Assembly: GCA_025963725.1 (NCBI GenBank)
Contig: JAOQAE010000002.1
Location: 1,356,411 to 1,420,410, forward strand
Source of the DNA: Bacteroidota bacterium
GTDB taxonomy: Bacteria > Bacteroidota > Bacteroidia > 2-12-FULL-35-15
Length of the DNA: 64,000 nt
Direction of reading: 5' to 3'
Shown here: positions 29,297 to 38,452 of the stretch, one piece after another
How the letters are laid out: every line of letters begins with the position of its first letter
How positions within the stretch are numbered: the first letter of the stretch is position 1
Notes under the pieces: generated by a model
The model's database searches: none
What the model was told of the DNA's origin: nothing
Seen by the model: the letters and a program-made list of their open reading frames with translations, nothing else
Made by a program: the position numbers and the translations under genes

Positions 29297-30313
29297 ATGA
29301 TAGTAGATCTAAGAAGCGACACAGTAACCAAGCCCTCAAAGGAAATGCTGGAGGCGATGTTCAATGCGGAAGTAGGCGACGATGTTTTTGCCGAAGAGCC
29401 CACAGTGAATGCGCTGGAAGAAAAAACCGCGAAGCTGTTCGGCAAGGAAGCCGCGCTGTTTTGTCCATCGGGCACCATGACCAACCAGATCGCGATCAAA
29501 GTGCATACACAGCCCGGCGATGAGCTGCTCTGCGATTCCACTGCGCATATCTATAATTATGAAGGCGGCGGGATCTCTTTCAACTCGGGCGTGCAGGCAA
29601 AATTGTTACCCGGCGAGCGCGGGCGCATTTCCGCAAAGCAACTAGAGGAAAGCATCAACCCTTCCTTCGACTGGCTCACGCGGACAAGCCTTGTATGTGT
29701 TGAGAATACAGCCAACCGTGCAGGAGGCAGCTATTATTCGCTGCAGCAGATGCAGGAGCTGGCGGATGTTTGCAAGAAGCACCAGCTGCGCTATCACCTC
29801 GATGGCGCGCGGATCTTCAACGCGATCGTGGAGAATGATTATACGCCTGCCGACCTTGGGAAGATCTTTGACTCCATCTCTGTATGCCTTTCAAAGGGCC
29901 TCGGCGCGCCTGTAGGTTCCCTGCTTGTAGGAAACAAGGAGCTGGTGCGGCAGGCACGCAGGATCCGCAAAGTTTTCGGAGGCGGAATGCGCCAGGCCGG
30001 ATACCTTGCCGCTGCGGGGATCTACGCGCTCGACAATAATGTGAACAGGCTAAAGGATGACCATGCACGCGCAAAGCAGCTTGCATCTACCATGAGCAAG
30101 CTCGGCTTTATCGACAACGTGTTGCCTGTTGATACCAACATCATTATTTTTAACCTCAATGAAAAGCTGAAGCCGGAAGAGTTCGTGAAAAAGCTGGCAT
30201 CCCACGATATTAAAGCGACCGGGTTCGGCAAGCAGGCTATCCGCTTTGTAACGCATCTCGATTTCAACGATGCCATGCTTGAAAAAACGGAAAAGGTTCT
30301 AAAAACACTGTAA
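29297..30313 (+). CDS. ltaE: Low-specificity L-threonine aldolase
   Basis: DLRSDTVT, SGTMTNQ, HLDGARIFNA, CLSKGLGAPVGS and GGGMRQAG motifs. Confidence 0.93.
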   Translation: MIVDLRSDTVTKPSKEMLEAMFNAEVGDDVFAEEPTVNALEEKTAKLFGKEAALFCPSGTMTNQIAIKVHTQPGDELLCDSTAHIYNYEGGGISFNSGVQAKLLPGERGRISAKQLEESINPSFDWLTRTSLVCVENTANRAGGSYYSLQQMQELADVCKKHQLRYHLDGARIFNAIVENDYTPADLGKIFDSISVCLSKGLGAPVGSLLVGNKELVRQARRIRKVFGGGMRQAGYLAAAGIYALDNNVNRLKDDHARAKQLASTMSKLGFIDNVLPVDTNIIIFNLNEKLKPEEFVKKLASHDIKATGFGKQAIRFVTHLDFNDAMLEKTEKVLKTL

Positions 30314-30314
30314 C

Positions 30315-30980
30315 ATGAAAAAATTATTTTTTTTGATCTGCCTGACGTGTGCGATCCAGGTGCAGGCGCAAACTACCCAACCGGAAAATGATGTATTAAC
30401 CATCGCAGAAAAAATGCCTGCCTTCCCCGGAGGCGACCAGGCAATGACGCAATTTGTCCAGAAAAACCTGCAATACCCGGCAGTTGAAAGGGAATACGGC
30501 ATTTCAGGCACTGTGTATGTTACCTTTGTAGTTGAAAAAGACGGCAGCCTTTCCGGCATCCGCTGCCTGCGGGGAGTTAATGCAGGGCCCGGACTGAACA
30601 AGGAAGCGCTGCGCATAATAAGCAGCATGCCTAACTGGATACCCGGATCACAGAACGGCCGGTTGGTAAGAATTCAGTATAATTTTCCCATCAAGTTCAG
30701 GCTGGAAGTGAAGCCGCTGAATGAAAAAGACATGAAGGAAACTGCGGACAAGCATTACAAAAAAGGGCTGGCACTTGCAAAGCAGGAGAAATATAAAGAA
30801 GCCATTGCAGAATTTGATTATACGGTGTTCTATCTTCCGGCCGATGTTGATGTGCTTTACCAACGCGGGCTTGCCTTTCACAACTTAAAGAATAATAAAG
30901 CGGCCTGCGATGAATGGAACAAAATAAAATTTGCCGGAAGCAACGCGGCAGACAAAATGCTTGATAAATACTGTAAATAA
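30315..30980 (+). CDS. TonB C-terminal domain protein with TPRs
   Basis: EKMPAFPGG...YP..G.VYVTFVVEKDG...MPNWIPG; C-terminal TPRs ending ACDEW. Confidence 0.85.
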   Translation: MKKLFFLICLTCAIQVQAQTTQPENDVLTIAEKMPAFPGGDQAMTQFVQKNLQYPAVEREYGISGTVYVTFVVEKDGSLSGIRCLRGVNAGPGLNKEALRIISSMPNWIPGSQNGRLVRIQYNFPIKFRLEVKPLNEKDMKETADKHYKKGLALAKQEKYKEAIAEFDYTVFYLPADVDVLYQRGLAFHNLKNNKAACDEWNKIKFAGSNAADKMLDKYCK

Positions 30981-30982
30981 AT

Positions 30983-31537
30983 ATGTATAAGATCGCTATC
31001 ATTTCAGGAAGCGTGCGCACAGGACGGAAAAGCCACCATGTAGCACATTACTTCAACAACTACATCAACGGGAACAAGCTGGGCACTGCGGAGATCCTCG
31101 ACCTGAAGGAATTTAACTTTCCCGTGCTGGAAGAGCGCCTGTCGATGACACCGGAGCCGGATGCATCCTCGCTCCTCTTCTCTGAAAAAATAAAAACTGC
31201 CGACATCGTTATTGTCGTATTCCCCGAATACAACGGCGGGTACCCGGCAAGCGTGAAGAACGCGATCGACCTGCTGTACAGCGAATGGTATCACAAACCT
31301 GTGGGACTTGTAAGCGTATCGTCGGGCAATTTTGGCGGCGTGAATGCAATGTCGCTGCTGCAGACCATCTTCTTAAAGATCAAGGCGGTTCCGGCTGCAA
31401 GCTTCCCGGTTCCAAACGTGGAAAGCAGCTTCGATGAGAATGGCAATGCCCTGAACAAAGAGGCCACCGATAAAAGGGCAGCAGCCTTCCTGAAGGAGCT
31501 GCTGTGGTTTGCAGAAGCATTTAACAAAATGAAATAA
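30983..31537 (+). CDS. NADPH-dependent FMN reductase
   Basis: IISGSVRTGR and PEYNGGYPASVKNAID motifs. Confidence 0.92.
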   Translation: MYKIAIISGSVRTGRKSHHVAHYFNNYINGNKLGTAEILDLKEFNFPVLEERLSMTPEPDASSLLFSEKIKTADIVIVVFPEYNGGYPASVKNAIDLLYSEWYHKPVGLVSVSSGNFGGVNAMSLLQTIFLKIKAVPAASFPVPNVESSFDENGNALNKEATDKRAAAFLKELLWFAEAFNKMK

Positions 31538-31539
31538 CA

Positions 31540-31821
31540 ATGGAAATACAACATTCGCTCACAGGCACTAACGGCGTTTTCTTTATCGAGGAGAACGGCG
31601 AAAGGCTCGCAGAAATGACCTATAGAGTGTCGGGCCCCACAAAAATGATCATCGACCATACCGAAGTAAGCAAGAAGCTTGCAGGCAAAGGCATCGGGAA
31701 ACAGCTGGTGGCAAAGGGAGTTGAGCATGCGCGTGAAAACGGCATGAAGGTCCTTCCGCTCTGCTCCTTCGCCAAATCATTGTTTGATAAGGTGCCGGAG
31801 TTTTCAGACGTGCTGTTTTAG
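31540..31821 (+). CDS. YjdJ-like small GNAT acetyltransferase
   Basis: IIDHTEV...GKGIGKQLV...PLCSFA. Confidence 0.9.
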   Translation: MEIQHSLTGTNGVFFIEENGERLAEMTYRVSGPTKMIIDHTEVSKKLAGKGIGKQLVAKGVEHARENGMKVLPLCSFAKSLFDKVPEFSDVLF

Positions 31822-32663
31822 GCCTTCGGCTTTTTCCTGCTTGCCCTATCAATCTCCTGCATCCAGTGCTTCGCTTTCGCTGAATTATCGGAATTGGCCT
31901 GCCTGCGCTTGTCCGAAGCTTCCTTACGGGAGCCGGAGCTTACCTGGATCTCTCTTCTTTTTATAATGCTCAGGCGGTCCATTTTAGAGCGAACTGTAGA
32001 ACCTCTCATTCTTTCCGTATCACTTGTGATGTTCTCGAATTTCACTTTTTTTCCAAAATACGAAGCCTGCCACCATTCATCCTTTGCAGGCAAATACCAG
32101 CTCAGGTAACCGCCCTTCAGGATCTGCTTCGGCTCCTTGATAAAGCCGGTATAGCTGTAACGTGTGCCCGTAGTTTTTACCGGGTCAAAATACTCAGGCG
32201 TGTAGAAATCGGAAACACGCTCGCCGTTGATGCTGTACCCGAAACGGTCGTCCTCAGAAGGATCACAAACCTCCACGAGGTATTGCGCACGGCCCTGTCC
32301 TTTAATGATGCTGTCGGAAGTAAACAGGCGGTTGCCGAACGGATCAACAAGCATCTCGAGCATTTCATGGCTCACAGTGATCGACCAGTCTTCCGTATAG
32401 GCCACAAGCGAAAAAGGCTGTCCGTGCTTATCGGTATGATAACCGGCAGCAGTCTCATCGTCGATCTTATCCTTGATGATGATCGGCCAATAGCCTACCG
32501 GAACACTGTTCACGTGCGGGAAAACATCCACGGTAGCCTTAATGCCCCAGATAGGGCCAAGGTCGCGGATCGCCTGTTTTTGCAGGGCAGCGCCGACAGA
32601 AGCTAAACGCTCCGGCTTAATTTTTTTGCTGAGGCTCACAAGAGCGATGTGGTGAAGGATCAT
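31818..32663 (-). CDS. Hypothetical protein with HExxE zincin-like motif
   Basis: AGYH, SHEMLEMLVDP, LVEVCDP and VSDFYTP motifs. Confidence 0.6.
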   Translation of the reverse strand: MILHHIALVSLSKKIKPERLASVGAALQKQAIRDLGPIWGIKATVDVFPHVNSVPVGYWPIIIKDKIDDETAAGYHTDKHGQPFSLVAYTEDWSITVSHEMLEMLVDPFGNRLFTSDSIIKGQGRAQYLVEVCDPSEDDRFGYSINGERVSDFYTPEYFDPVKTTGTRYSYTGFIKEPKQILKGGYLSWYLPAKDEWWQASYFGKKVKFENITSDTERMRGSTVRSKMDRLSIIKRREIQVSSGSRKEASDKRRQANSDNSAKAKHWMQEIDRASRKKPKA

Positions 32664-32758
32664 GATAAATAGCTTTTGTTTGTATCACAAACCTAAACCA
32701 TTTTTACAATGTTTCCATGGACACTTTTTGGGTTTTGTGACATGGAACCGATGAGAGA

Positions 32759-33924
32759 TTATTCCTTTTGCTTTACCAGGTAAACGATCACTACCACTAC
32801 TCCAGCCGCAGAGACCAGGAACATTGCAGAAGCATTGAACATTACCCAGATCAACCCGGCAAGCGAGCTGGAGATCATCGTAACTATGCTGGTGCAGCTT
32901 GCATGGAACCCGATGGCTGTAGCAGTTCCGCTGAAGGCACTGTATTGGCGATCCAGGCTTTTGAAACGCCATCGGTGGCAGCTGCATAAATTCCATAGAT
33001 AAAAAAAAGAACATACATCATCCATTCATTCTGCAGGAATGCCATCCCGGTGTACACGATCACAAAAAGCATCAGGCCGGCAATGAACATTTTTTTCATC
33101 CCGATCCTGTCGGCCACCGAGCCCAGCGGATACGCAAACAATGCGTAGACAAGATTATAGAACACATATACCCCGATCACATGAAGGTCGTCCATGCCAG
33201 CTGATTTCGCCATCAGTAAAAGGAAGACATCCGAGCTGTTGAAAAGCGTAAAAAGCAGCAAGCCGGTGACCAGCTTTTTGAATTCGGCAGGAGCAACCTT
33301 CCAGTACAGGAAGAACGAAAAGAAATTTCCTTTTTTGAGATTGACAACCGGTGCCAGCTTTTTTTCTTTGATAAAGAAAGTCAGCGCCACAACAGCCGCT
33401 CCGGGAATGAAGGTCAGGAGGAACAGCGTTTTGTATTCGCCGGGATAATAATACAGGAACAGGATCGCGAGCACCGGGCCGATGGCAGCACCCACCGTAT
33501 CCATGGCACGGTGCAGTCCGAACACTTTTCCTTTGTTCTCTTTTGAGCATTCATCGGAAAGCATTGCATCACGCGCACCTGTGCGTAAGCCTTTGCCGAG
33601 CCTGTCGCCGGTGCGGATCAGCAGCACCCATGCGGGATATGCGAACAGCGCCATCAGCGGCTTCGATAAAGCGCTCAGGGCATACCCCCACTGAACAAAA
33701 GGAAGCCTCCTGCCCCGTTCATCCGATAATTTTCCGAAATAGCCTTTTGAAATGCCTGCAATGGCTTCCGCGATGCCTTCAAGGACCCCGATCCACAGGG
33801 CGGTGAAGCCGATGGTTTTGAGATAGATCGGCATTACCGGGATCAGGATCTCGCTGCCAATATCATTGAAGAGGCTGATAAAGGACAGCATCCAGATGGT
33901 ACGGGTGAAGATCTTAGACCTCAT
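32759..33924 (-). pseudogene. MFS transporter with a -1 frameshift near the 3' end (pseudogene or assembly error)
   Basis: GKLSDERGRR and DRLGKGLRT..RDA motifs; GAA-CTG at 32926-32927 lacks one A; restoring it joins PSAE to TATAIGFHASCTS... and the last TM helices. Confidence 0.8.
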
Positions 33925-33928
33925 GTTC

Positions 33929-35563
33929 TTACTTTACCAAAAACGGGATCGGCTTGCCGGTGCAGCCATTCGGAAACTGGATGTTCAGCATCATGGCAAG
34001 CGTGGCGGCGACATCTGTAATATACACCTGCTCAGCCGAGCTTCCCTGCTTGATGTTCCATCCGTAAAAGATCAGCGGCACATGCGTATCATAGCTGTAT
34101 GGCGAGCCATGCGTAGTGCCTGTTTTCTGGTAATCGACCCAGGCCGGAAGGTAATTGATCAGCACATCGCCGGAACGCTTTGCATGGTAGCCCTTCTGCA
34201 TAAGATAACGCGAGCCTTCCACAAAAGAGGTATTGTTCATGGTTGCAGCGGTGATCACTTCCGATACGCCTTCCATTTTCCTCAAAAACACGGCAGCATC
34301 TTCCTGCACCTGCTCCAGCATTAGCTTTTTATCGTCGATCACTTTGTGGTTGAGGAACACCTGCTGGTTCGACATCGACAATACCAGCGTATCGCCGTAC
34401 ATCTGCTTTAAATAATTCTTGAGGTCGGCGTTCAGCTTTCCTTCATCCACATATCCCGCAGGCACTTTCAGGTCCATCAGATATGAAGGCACTTCTGGCG
34501 CGGCATGATCTGCTGTAAGGAACACCAGCACGTTCTCTTTTCCAAGCTGTGTGTCAATGAACTTCAGTAATTCTGCAAGGTCCCTGTCGAGCCTTAAATA
34601 ATCATCCTCCTGCTCCACAGAATTCGGCCCCCAGGTATGCCCGATGTAATCAGGCGAAGAAAAGGAGATCGCTAAAAAATCCGTGGCTGCAGACTTTCCA
34701 AGGTTCTCATTTTTGATCACTTCGATGGCAAAATCCTTCGTAAGCGAATTCCCGAAAGGCGTGCTCCTGATCATGTTCAATCCGCCATTTGCAGCCATCA
34801 GCTTCGGAAGGTCATGAGGGAATACCGGCTTTGCTTCTCCTTTTGCAAGGCCTTCATATTTGTTGTCGTCCTGGATGCTTTCCGTATACTGATCGATCGG
34901 CAGCAATGTATTCCAGGGCTGCGACATGTATTGTTTCGGCAGCTCTTTTTTATTGAACTCCTGCACCCATGCAGGAAGCGCGGTCATATAATACGTACTG
35001 GAAATAAAGCTCCCGATACTGCCATCGTACCAATACGCTGCATTTGCAACGTGCCCGGCGGGCATGATCGCGCTGCGATCTTTCAGGGCGATGCCGATCA
35101 CCTTTGATTTCATATTGGAAGAAATGCGCAGCTCATCGGTGATGGTAGTGGTAAGGTTGTTTGCCGGCGAGCGCCTGCCTTCCCCGGATGTTGTTCCAAC
35201 CCCGCTTACAGCATTGTCTTCCGCGCAATACATATACTTACCCGTTTTCCGGTCGAACCACTCGTTCGCAATGATCCCGTGCACCGCAGGCGTGGTGCCT
35301 GTATAGATAGAGGTATGGCCCGGGCCGGTGTAGGTCGGAACATAATTATAATTCGTATTCCTGCAGAAAAAACCTTCATTAACAAGGCGCTTGAAACCAT
35401 CGTTGCCGAACTTGTCCCAATAGCGGTAAATGTAATCATAGCGCATCTGGTCGACCACGATGCCCACAACGAGCTTTGGCTTTGAAGGTGCGGCAGGAGG
35501 AACTTTTCCGGCTATAAGAGTGAATGATAAAAAACTGCAGGTGATGGCTACTGTATATTTCAT
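33929..35563 (-). CDS. pafA: PafA-type alkaline phosphatase
   Basis: PKLVVGIVVDQMRYDY, PTYTGPGH (Thr nucleophile), KDRSAI..GH, DYIGH, TADH and TTHGS motifs. Confidence 0.88.
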   Translation of the reverse strand: MKYTVAITCSFLSFTLIAGKVPPAAPSKPKLVVGIVVDQMRYDYIYRYWDKFGNDGFKRLVNEGFFCRNTNYNYVPTYTGPGHTSIYTGTTPAVHGIIANEWFDRKTGKYMYCAEDNAVSGVGTTSGEGRRSPANNLTTTITDELRISSNMKSKVIGIALKDRSAIMPAGHVANAAYWYDGSIGSFISSTYYMTALPAWVQEFNKKELPKQYMSQPWNTLLPIDQYTESIQDDNKYEGLAKGEAKPVFPHDLPKLMAANGGLNMIRSTPFGNSLTKDFAIEVIKNENLGKSAATDFLAISFSSPDYIGHTWGPNSVEQEDDYLRLDRDLAELLKFIDTQLGKENVLVFLTADHAAPEVPSYLMDLKVPAGYVDEGKLNADLKNYLKQMYGDTLVLSMSNQQVFLNHKVIDDKKLMLEQVQEDAAVFLRKMEGVSEVITAATMNNTSFVEGSRYLMQKGYHAKRSGDVLINYLPAWVDYQKTGTTHGSPYSYDTHVPLIFYGWNIKQGSSAEQVYITDVAATLAMMLNIQFPNGCTGKPIPFLVK

Positions 35564-35606
35564 AGTGTTTTTAATTATTAAATCATTATGTAATTAGCGC
35601 CGCCTG

Positions 35607-35651
35607 TTCTCGATACATCCTTCCTGAAGAGGGAAGGACACTCGAACTGAC
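35607..35651 (+). repeat. REP-like element, family TTCTCGATAC...ACTCGAACTGAC
   Basis: Conserved ends enclosing the internal hairpin tccttcc/ggaagga. Confidence 0.75.
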
Positions 35652-35658
35652 GGCGTTA

Positions 35659-36663
35659 TTAAAATTCCTTATCACTTTCCACGCCAAATAATTTTCCTTT
35701 TTGCCAGAGCTTTATTTCCTTTTTCAGCGATTTGCTATTTTGCTTTGTCAGTTCTTCAGAATCGATCTTGCTGAGGTCCGGCTTGCCCGCATTTACCCAT
35801 GCAGTATACCAGAAACTTGCAGTGGCCAGCACCGATGCCCGCATCTGCTTTTCCACCATTCCCTTTAAGGCGGTGTGCAATTGCGTTGCATATTCGTCGG
35901 AATAAACGGTTTGCCCGTATTTGTTCTTCATCACTTTCCCGTTCTCCATTTTAAAGATCTTATCTTCCGTCAAGCCTTTTCTTAATCCCAGGTCAACCGC
36001 AAGCAAGGTATCCTTTAGCTTATGGGAATTAAAGATAATATTCCAGATCTCTTTATTTACATCCTCGATATACTTCGCATCGCCGGTATGATAATTATAG
36101 TCCTTCCCGAACATCTCCGGCAGGCGCGATTCCCATAATGCATGAATGCCTTTCTGGTTGCTTTGCTGCCCGTCGTAATTCGCGGATGTGTGCAGGGGCA
36201 TGTGCGCATCGCCAAGGTAATGCCCGAGGTCGGCGGCAATGAACAGGATCTCCGTTTTCTTTTTTTCCCTGAATGCTTTTGTGAGCTTCTCCATCAGGTC
36301 CTGCATGTACCATGGAAGGATACCGTTCGATTGTAAAAACTTATCGTCGTATTTCTTTTTGGTTTCTTCCATGTTCTTCGGCAGACTGTCCGCTGAGCCG
36401 AAGTTCTCGAGGTCGACAAAATGGCGCGGGCCTTCGGCCTTATCATTGATGGTGTATTTGCGAAGGTCGGGCACTGTGGATTCCTGGGTAATAAAATCGA
36501 TGTGGTTGTAAAAGAAAGGGCGCATCGGTTCCGGCAATGCGAATACGGCGGCCCTGTCGATGTGCTCATGGCCGAATGCCCCCCAGGAGATGATAAGGGG
36601 TGCGACAGCCAAGAGGCTGGCGATTGCTATAATATGCAGCTTACGTTTGTTGTTGATCTTCAT
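35659..36663 (-). CDS. S1/P1 nuclease / zinc-dependent phospholipase C family protein
   Basis: Mature N-terminus WG..GH; HFVD; HYLGDAHMPLH; GIHALWES. Confidence 0.88.
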   Translation of the reverse strand: MKINNKRKLHIIAIASLLAVAPLIISWGAFGHEHIDRAAVFALPEPMRPFFYNHIDFITQESTVPDLRKYTINDKAEGPRHFVDLENFGSADSLPKNMEETKKKYDDKFLQSNGILPWYMQDLMEKLTKAFREKKKTEILFIAADLGHYLGDAHMPLHTSANYDGQQSNQKGIHALWESRLPEMFGKDYNYHTGDAKYIEDVNKEIWNIIFNSHKLKDTLLAVDLGLRKGLTEDKIFKMENGKVMKNKYGQTVYSDEYATQLHTALKGMVEKQMRASVLATASFWYTAWVNAGKPDLSKIDSEELTKQNSKSLKKEIKLWQKGKLFGVESDKEF

Positions 36664-36707
36664 TTTGAAATTCTTTGTTTGTATTACCGATTTAAATTTT
36701 GTTTTTT

Positions 36708-36759
36708 ACACACCCCTTGCCCCTCTTCCTTCGACTTCGCTCAGGATAAACCGGGGAAT
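36708..36759 (+). repeat. Chimeric REP: ACACACCCCT.GCCCCTCT...GGGGAAT element carrying CCTTCGACTTCGCTCAGGATAAAC in its loop
   Basis: Outer arms match the reverse complement of 39585-39615 with one mismatch. Confidence 0.7.
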
Positions 36760-36824
36760 TGATCCTGCACGACTTATGATTAAGGTCAACGAGAATCACA
36801 TCGTCGATGATCCACATTCTATTC

Positions 36825-37193
36825 CTACGCAGTTTGCTTCGCAAGGAACCAGATCAGCACAACACATACGCTTACGCTGATGAGGATATTTGCGATCGCC
36901 ATGAGCATATTTCCCGAGCGCATCAGCTCCACCGTTTCGTAACTGAAGGTAGAAAAAGTGCTGAAGCCTCCGCAAAAGCCAACAATGATCAGGGTTCTCA
37001 GCGCAGGATTCCCTTCCGCCTTCCCGTTGAAATAAGCGATCGTTAATGCAAGAATGATGCAACTAAGCACATTCGAGCAAAAGGTTGCAAGCGGAAACGA
37101 GGATCTGAAATTTGTGCGTACAAGCTCCGAGATCCCAAACCTGGCAAGGCTTCCCAATCCACCACCTAAAAAGATCAAAAGCAGGTTATTCAT
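36825..37193 (-). CDS. crcB: Fluoride efflux channel Fluc/CrcB
   Basis: GGGLGSLARF, FPLATF..N and GFCGGFSTFSTF motifs. Confidence 0.95.
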   Translation of the reverse strand: MNNLLLIFLGGGLGSLARFGISELVRTNFRSSFPLATFCSNVLSCIILALTIAYFNGKAEGNPALRTLIIVGFCGGFSTFSTFSYETVELMRSGNMLMAIANILISVSVCVVLIWFLAKQTA

Positions 37194-37223
37194 GCGTTTA
37201 GCTTAGTTTAACAAATCATCCAC

Positions 37224-37814
37224 TTATTTTCTTCGCTTCTGAAGCCACAGGTTCGCCTTGTAGCAAACAAATGCGGAACCTGCGCCAATCACTGCGCCGC
37301 CGAGCACATCGCCCGGATAATGAACCCCGAGGTGCATCCTTGAATAACCGACAGAGCAGGCCCAAAGATACGAAGGAACCGCCACATACCATTCCGGAAA
37401 AGCAAGGCTCATGGAGGTGGCTGTGGCAAATGCATCGGAAGTATGTCCCGATGGAAATGAAGGGCTCCCGCCGCTGGTAGCCTTTTCAATAAAGGGATAG
37501 GTGACGTAAGGGCGCGTGCGCCTGACACTGTATTTGAGGCCTGTGGAAATCCCCGCTGCAAGCAGCAATGAGCCGGCAATGTAAAAGCCTTTATTCTTTA
37601 TTGCGCTGTCGTGCTTTATGAAGCCTGTGGCAAGAACCGTGACGGGAAGCGCAATGCTGAGCGGGGTCACTGTATTTGTGACCACCTTAAATGTACCGTC
37701 GAGGTTTTTGTTCCTTCCTTTGTTGATGCTTTTTAACAGGTTGATGTCGGGATTCTGAGACAGAACGGAAATGCATGTAAGGCATAATATGAGCACCGCA
37801 GAAAGCTGCTTCAT
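37224..37814 (-). CDS. PAP2 family phosphatase
   Basis: K....R.RP, SFPSGH and SRMHLGVHYPGD motifs. Confidence 0.92.
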   Translation of the reverse strand: MKQLSAVLILCLTCISVLSQNPDINLLKSINKGRNKNLDGTFKVVTNTVTPLSIALPVTVLATGFIKHDSAIKNKGFYIAGSLLLAAGISTGLKYSVRRTRPYVTYPFIEKATSGGSPSFPSGHTSDAFATATSMSLAFPEWYVAVPSYLWACSVGYSRMHLGVHYPGDVLGGAVIGAGSAFVCYKANLWLQKRRK

Positions 37815-38386
37815 TCCGTTCTTATTTTTGAGGCCGCGTAAAAAAACAGTTTGTAAACCACGATGCCGATGCCCATCCCGACAATGGCTCCTCCAAGCAC
37901 ATCCGCAGGATAATGAACGCCATTATAGATCCTGCTGTAGGAAACAAAGGTTGCCCAGATAAAAACAAAGAGCCCGAAATATTTTATTTTTCCCCTAAAG
38001 AGGAGACAGAGAAACATGGCCAGCGCGAATGTATTTGCAGCATGCGAGGAGATGAAGCCGTACATCCCACCGCGGCCATCGTTCAGATGCACCTGATCCT
38101 GTATAACAAGGTTGTGGCAGGGACGGTAACGCAGGAAAACATTTTTAAAGGCATGAACGGAGATCTGGTCGGAAAGCACAATGAGCAACACAGCGGCCAG
38201 CGCAACCAGCCAGACCTTTTTACCATAATGTTTCCAGGCAAGGGCAAAGAAAAGAACATACAGCGGGATCCAGAAATACCGGTGGCTGGCCCAGAACATG
38301 ATGGGGTCGAAAAAGGAATTGTGCCTGCTGTTGAGGAACAGGAAGAGCTGGGTATCGAGGCCTTTTATTGTATCGATAATGTTCAT
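37811..38386 (-). CDS. PAP2 family phosphatase (lipid A / undecaprenyl-PP phosphatase-like)
   Basis: KNVFLRYRPCH, FISSHAAN and SRIYNGVHYPAD motifs. Confidence 0.9.
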   Translation of the reverse strand: MNIIDTIKGLDTQLFLFLNSRHNSFFDPIMFWASHRYFWIPLYVLFFALAWKHYGKKVWLVALAAVLLIVLSDQISVHAFKNVFLRYRPCHNLVIQDQVHLNDGRGGMYGFISSHAANTFALAMFLCLLFRGKIKYFGLFVFIWATFVSYSRIYNGVHYPADVLGGAIVGMGIGIVVYKLFFYAASKIRTE

Positions 38387-38400
38387 TGCAAGCTTTTATA

Positions 38401-38437
38401 GGATTCTTCGCTATACCATCTTCCGCTCAGAATGACA
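38401..38437 (+). repeat. REP-like element GGATTCTTCGCT...GCTCAGAATGACA
   Basis: Intergenic imperfect palindrome ending TGACA, like the other REP families here; single copy in window. Confidence 0.55.
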
Positions 38438-38452
38438 ACACCGTTATCTTCC

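Noticed and set aside
29080-29541. Minus-strand ORF containing PDSYRD
   Set aside because: It is a translation of the palindromic repeat plus the antisense of ltaE.
37194-37223. Fluoride riboswitch upstream of crcB
   Set aside because: Only a 30-nt AT-rich gap is present, with no recognisable GGCGATG-type aptamer.
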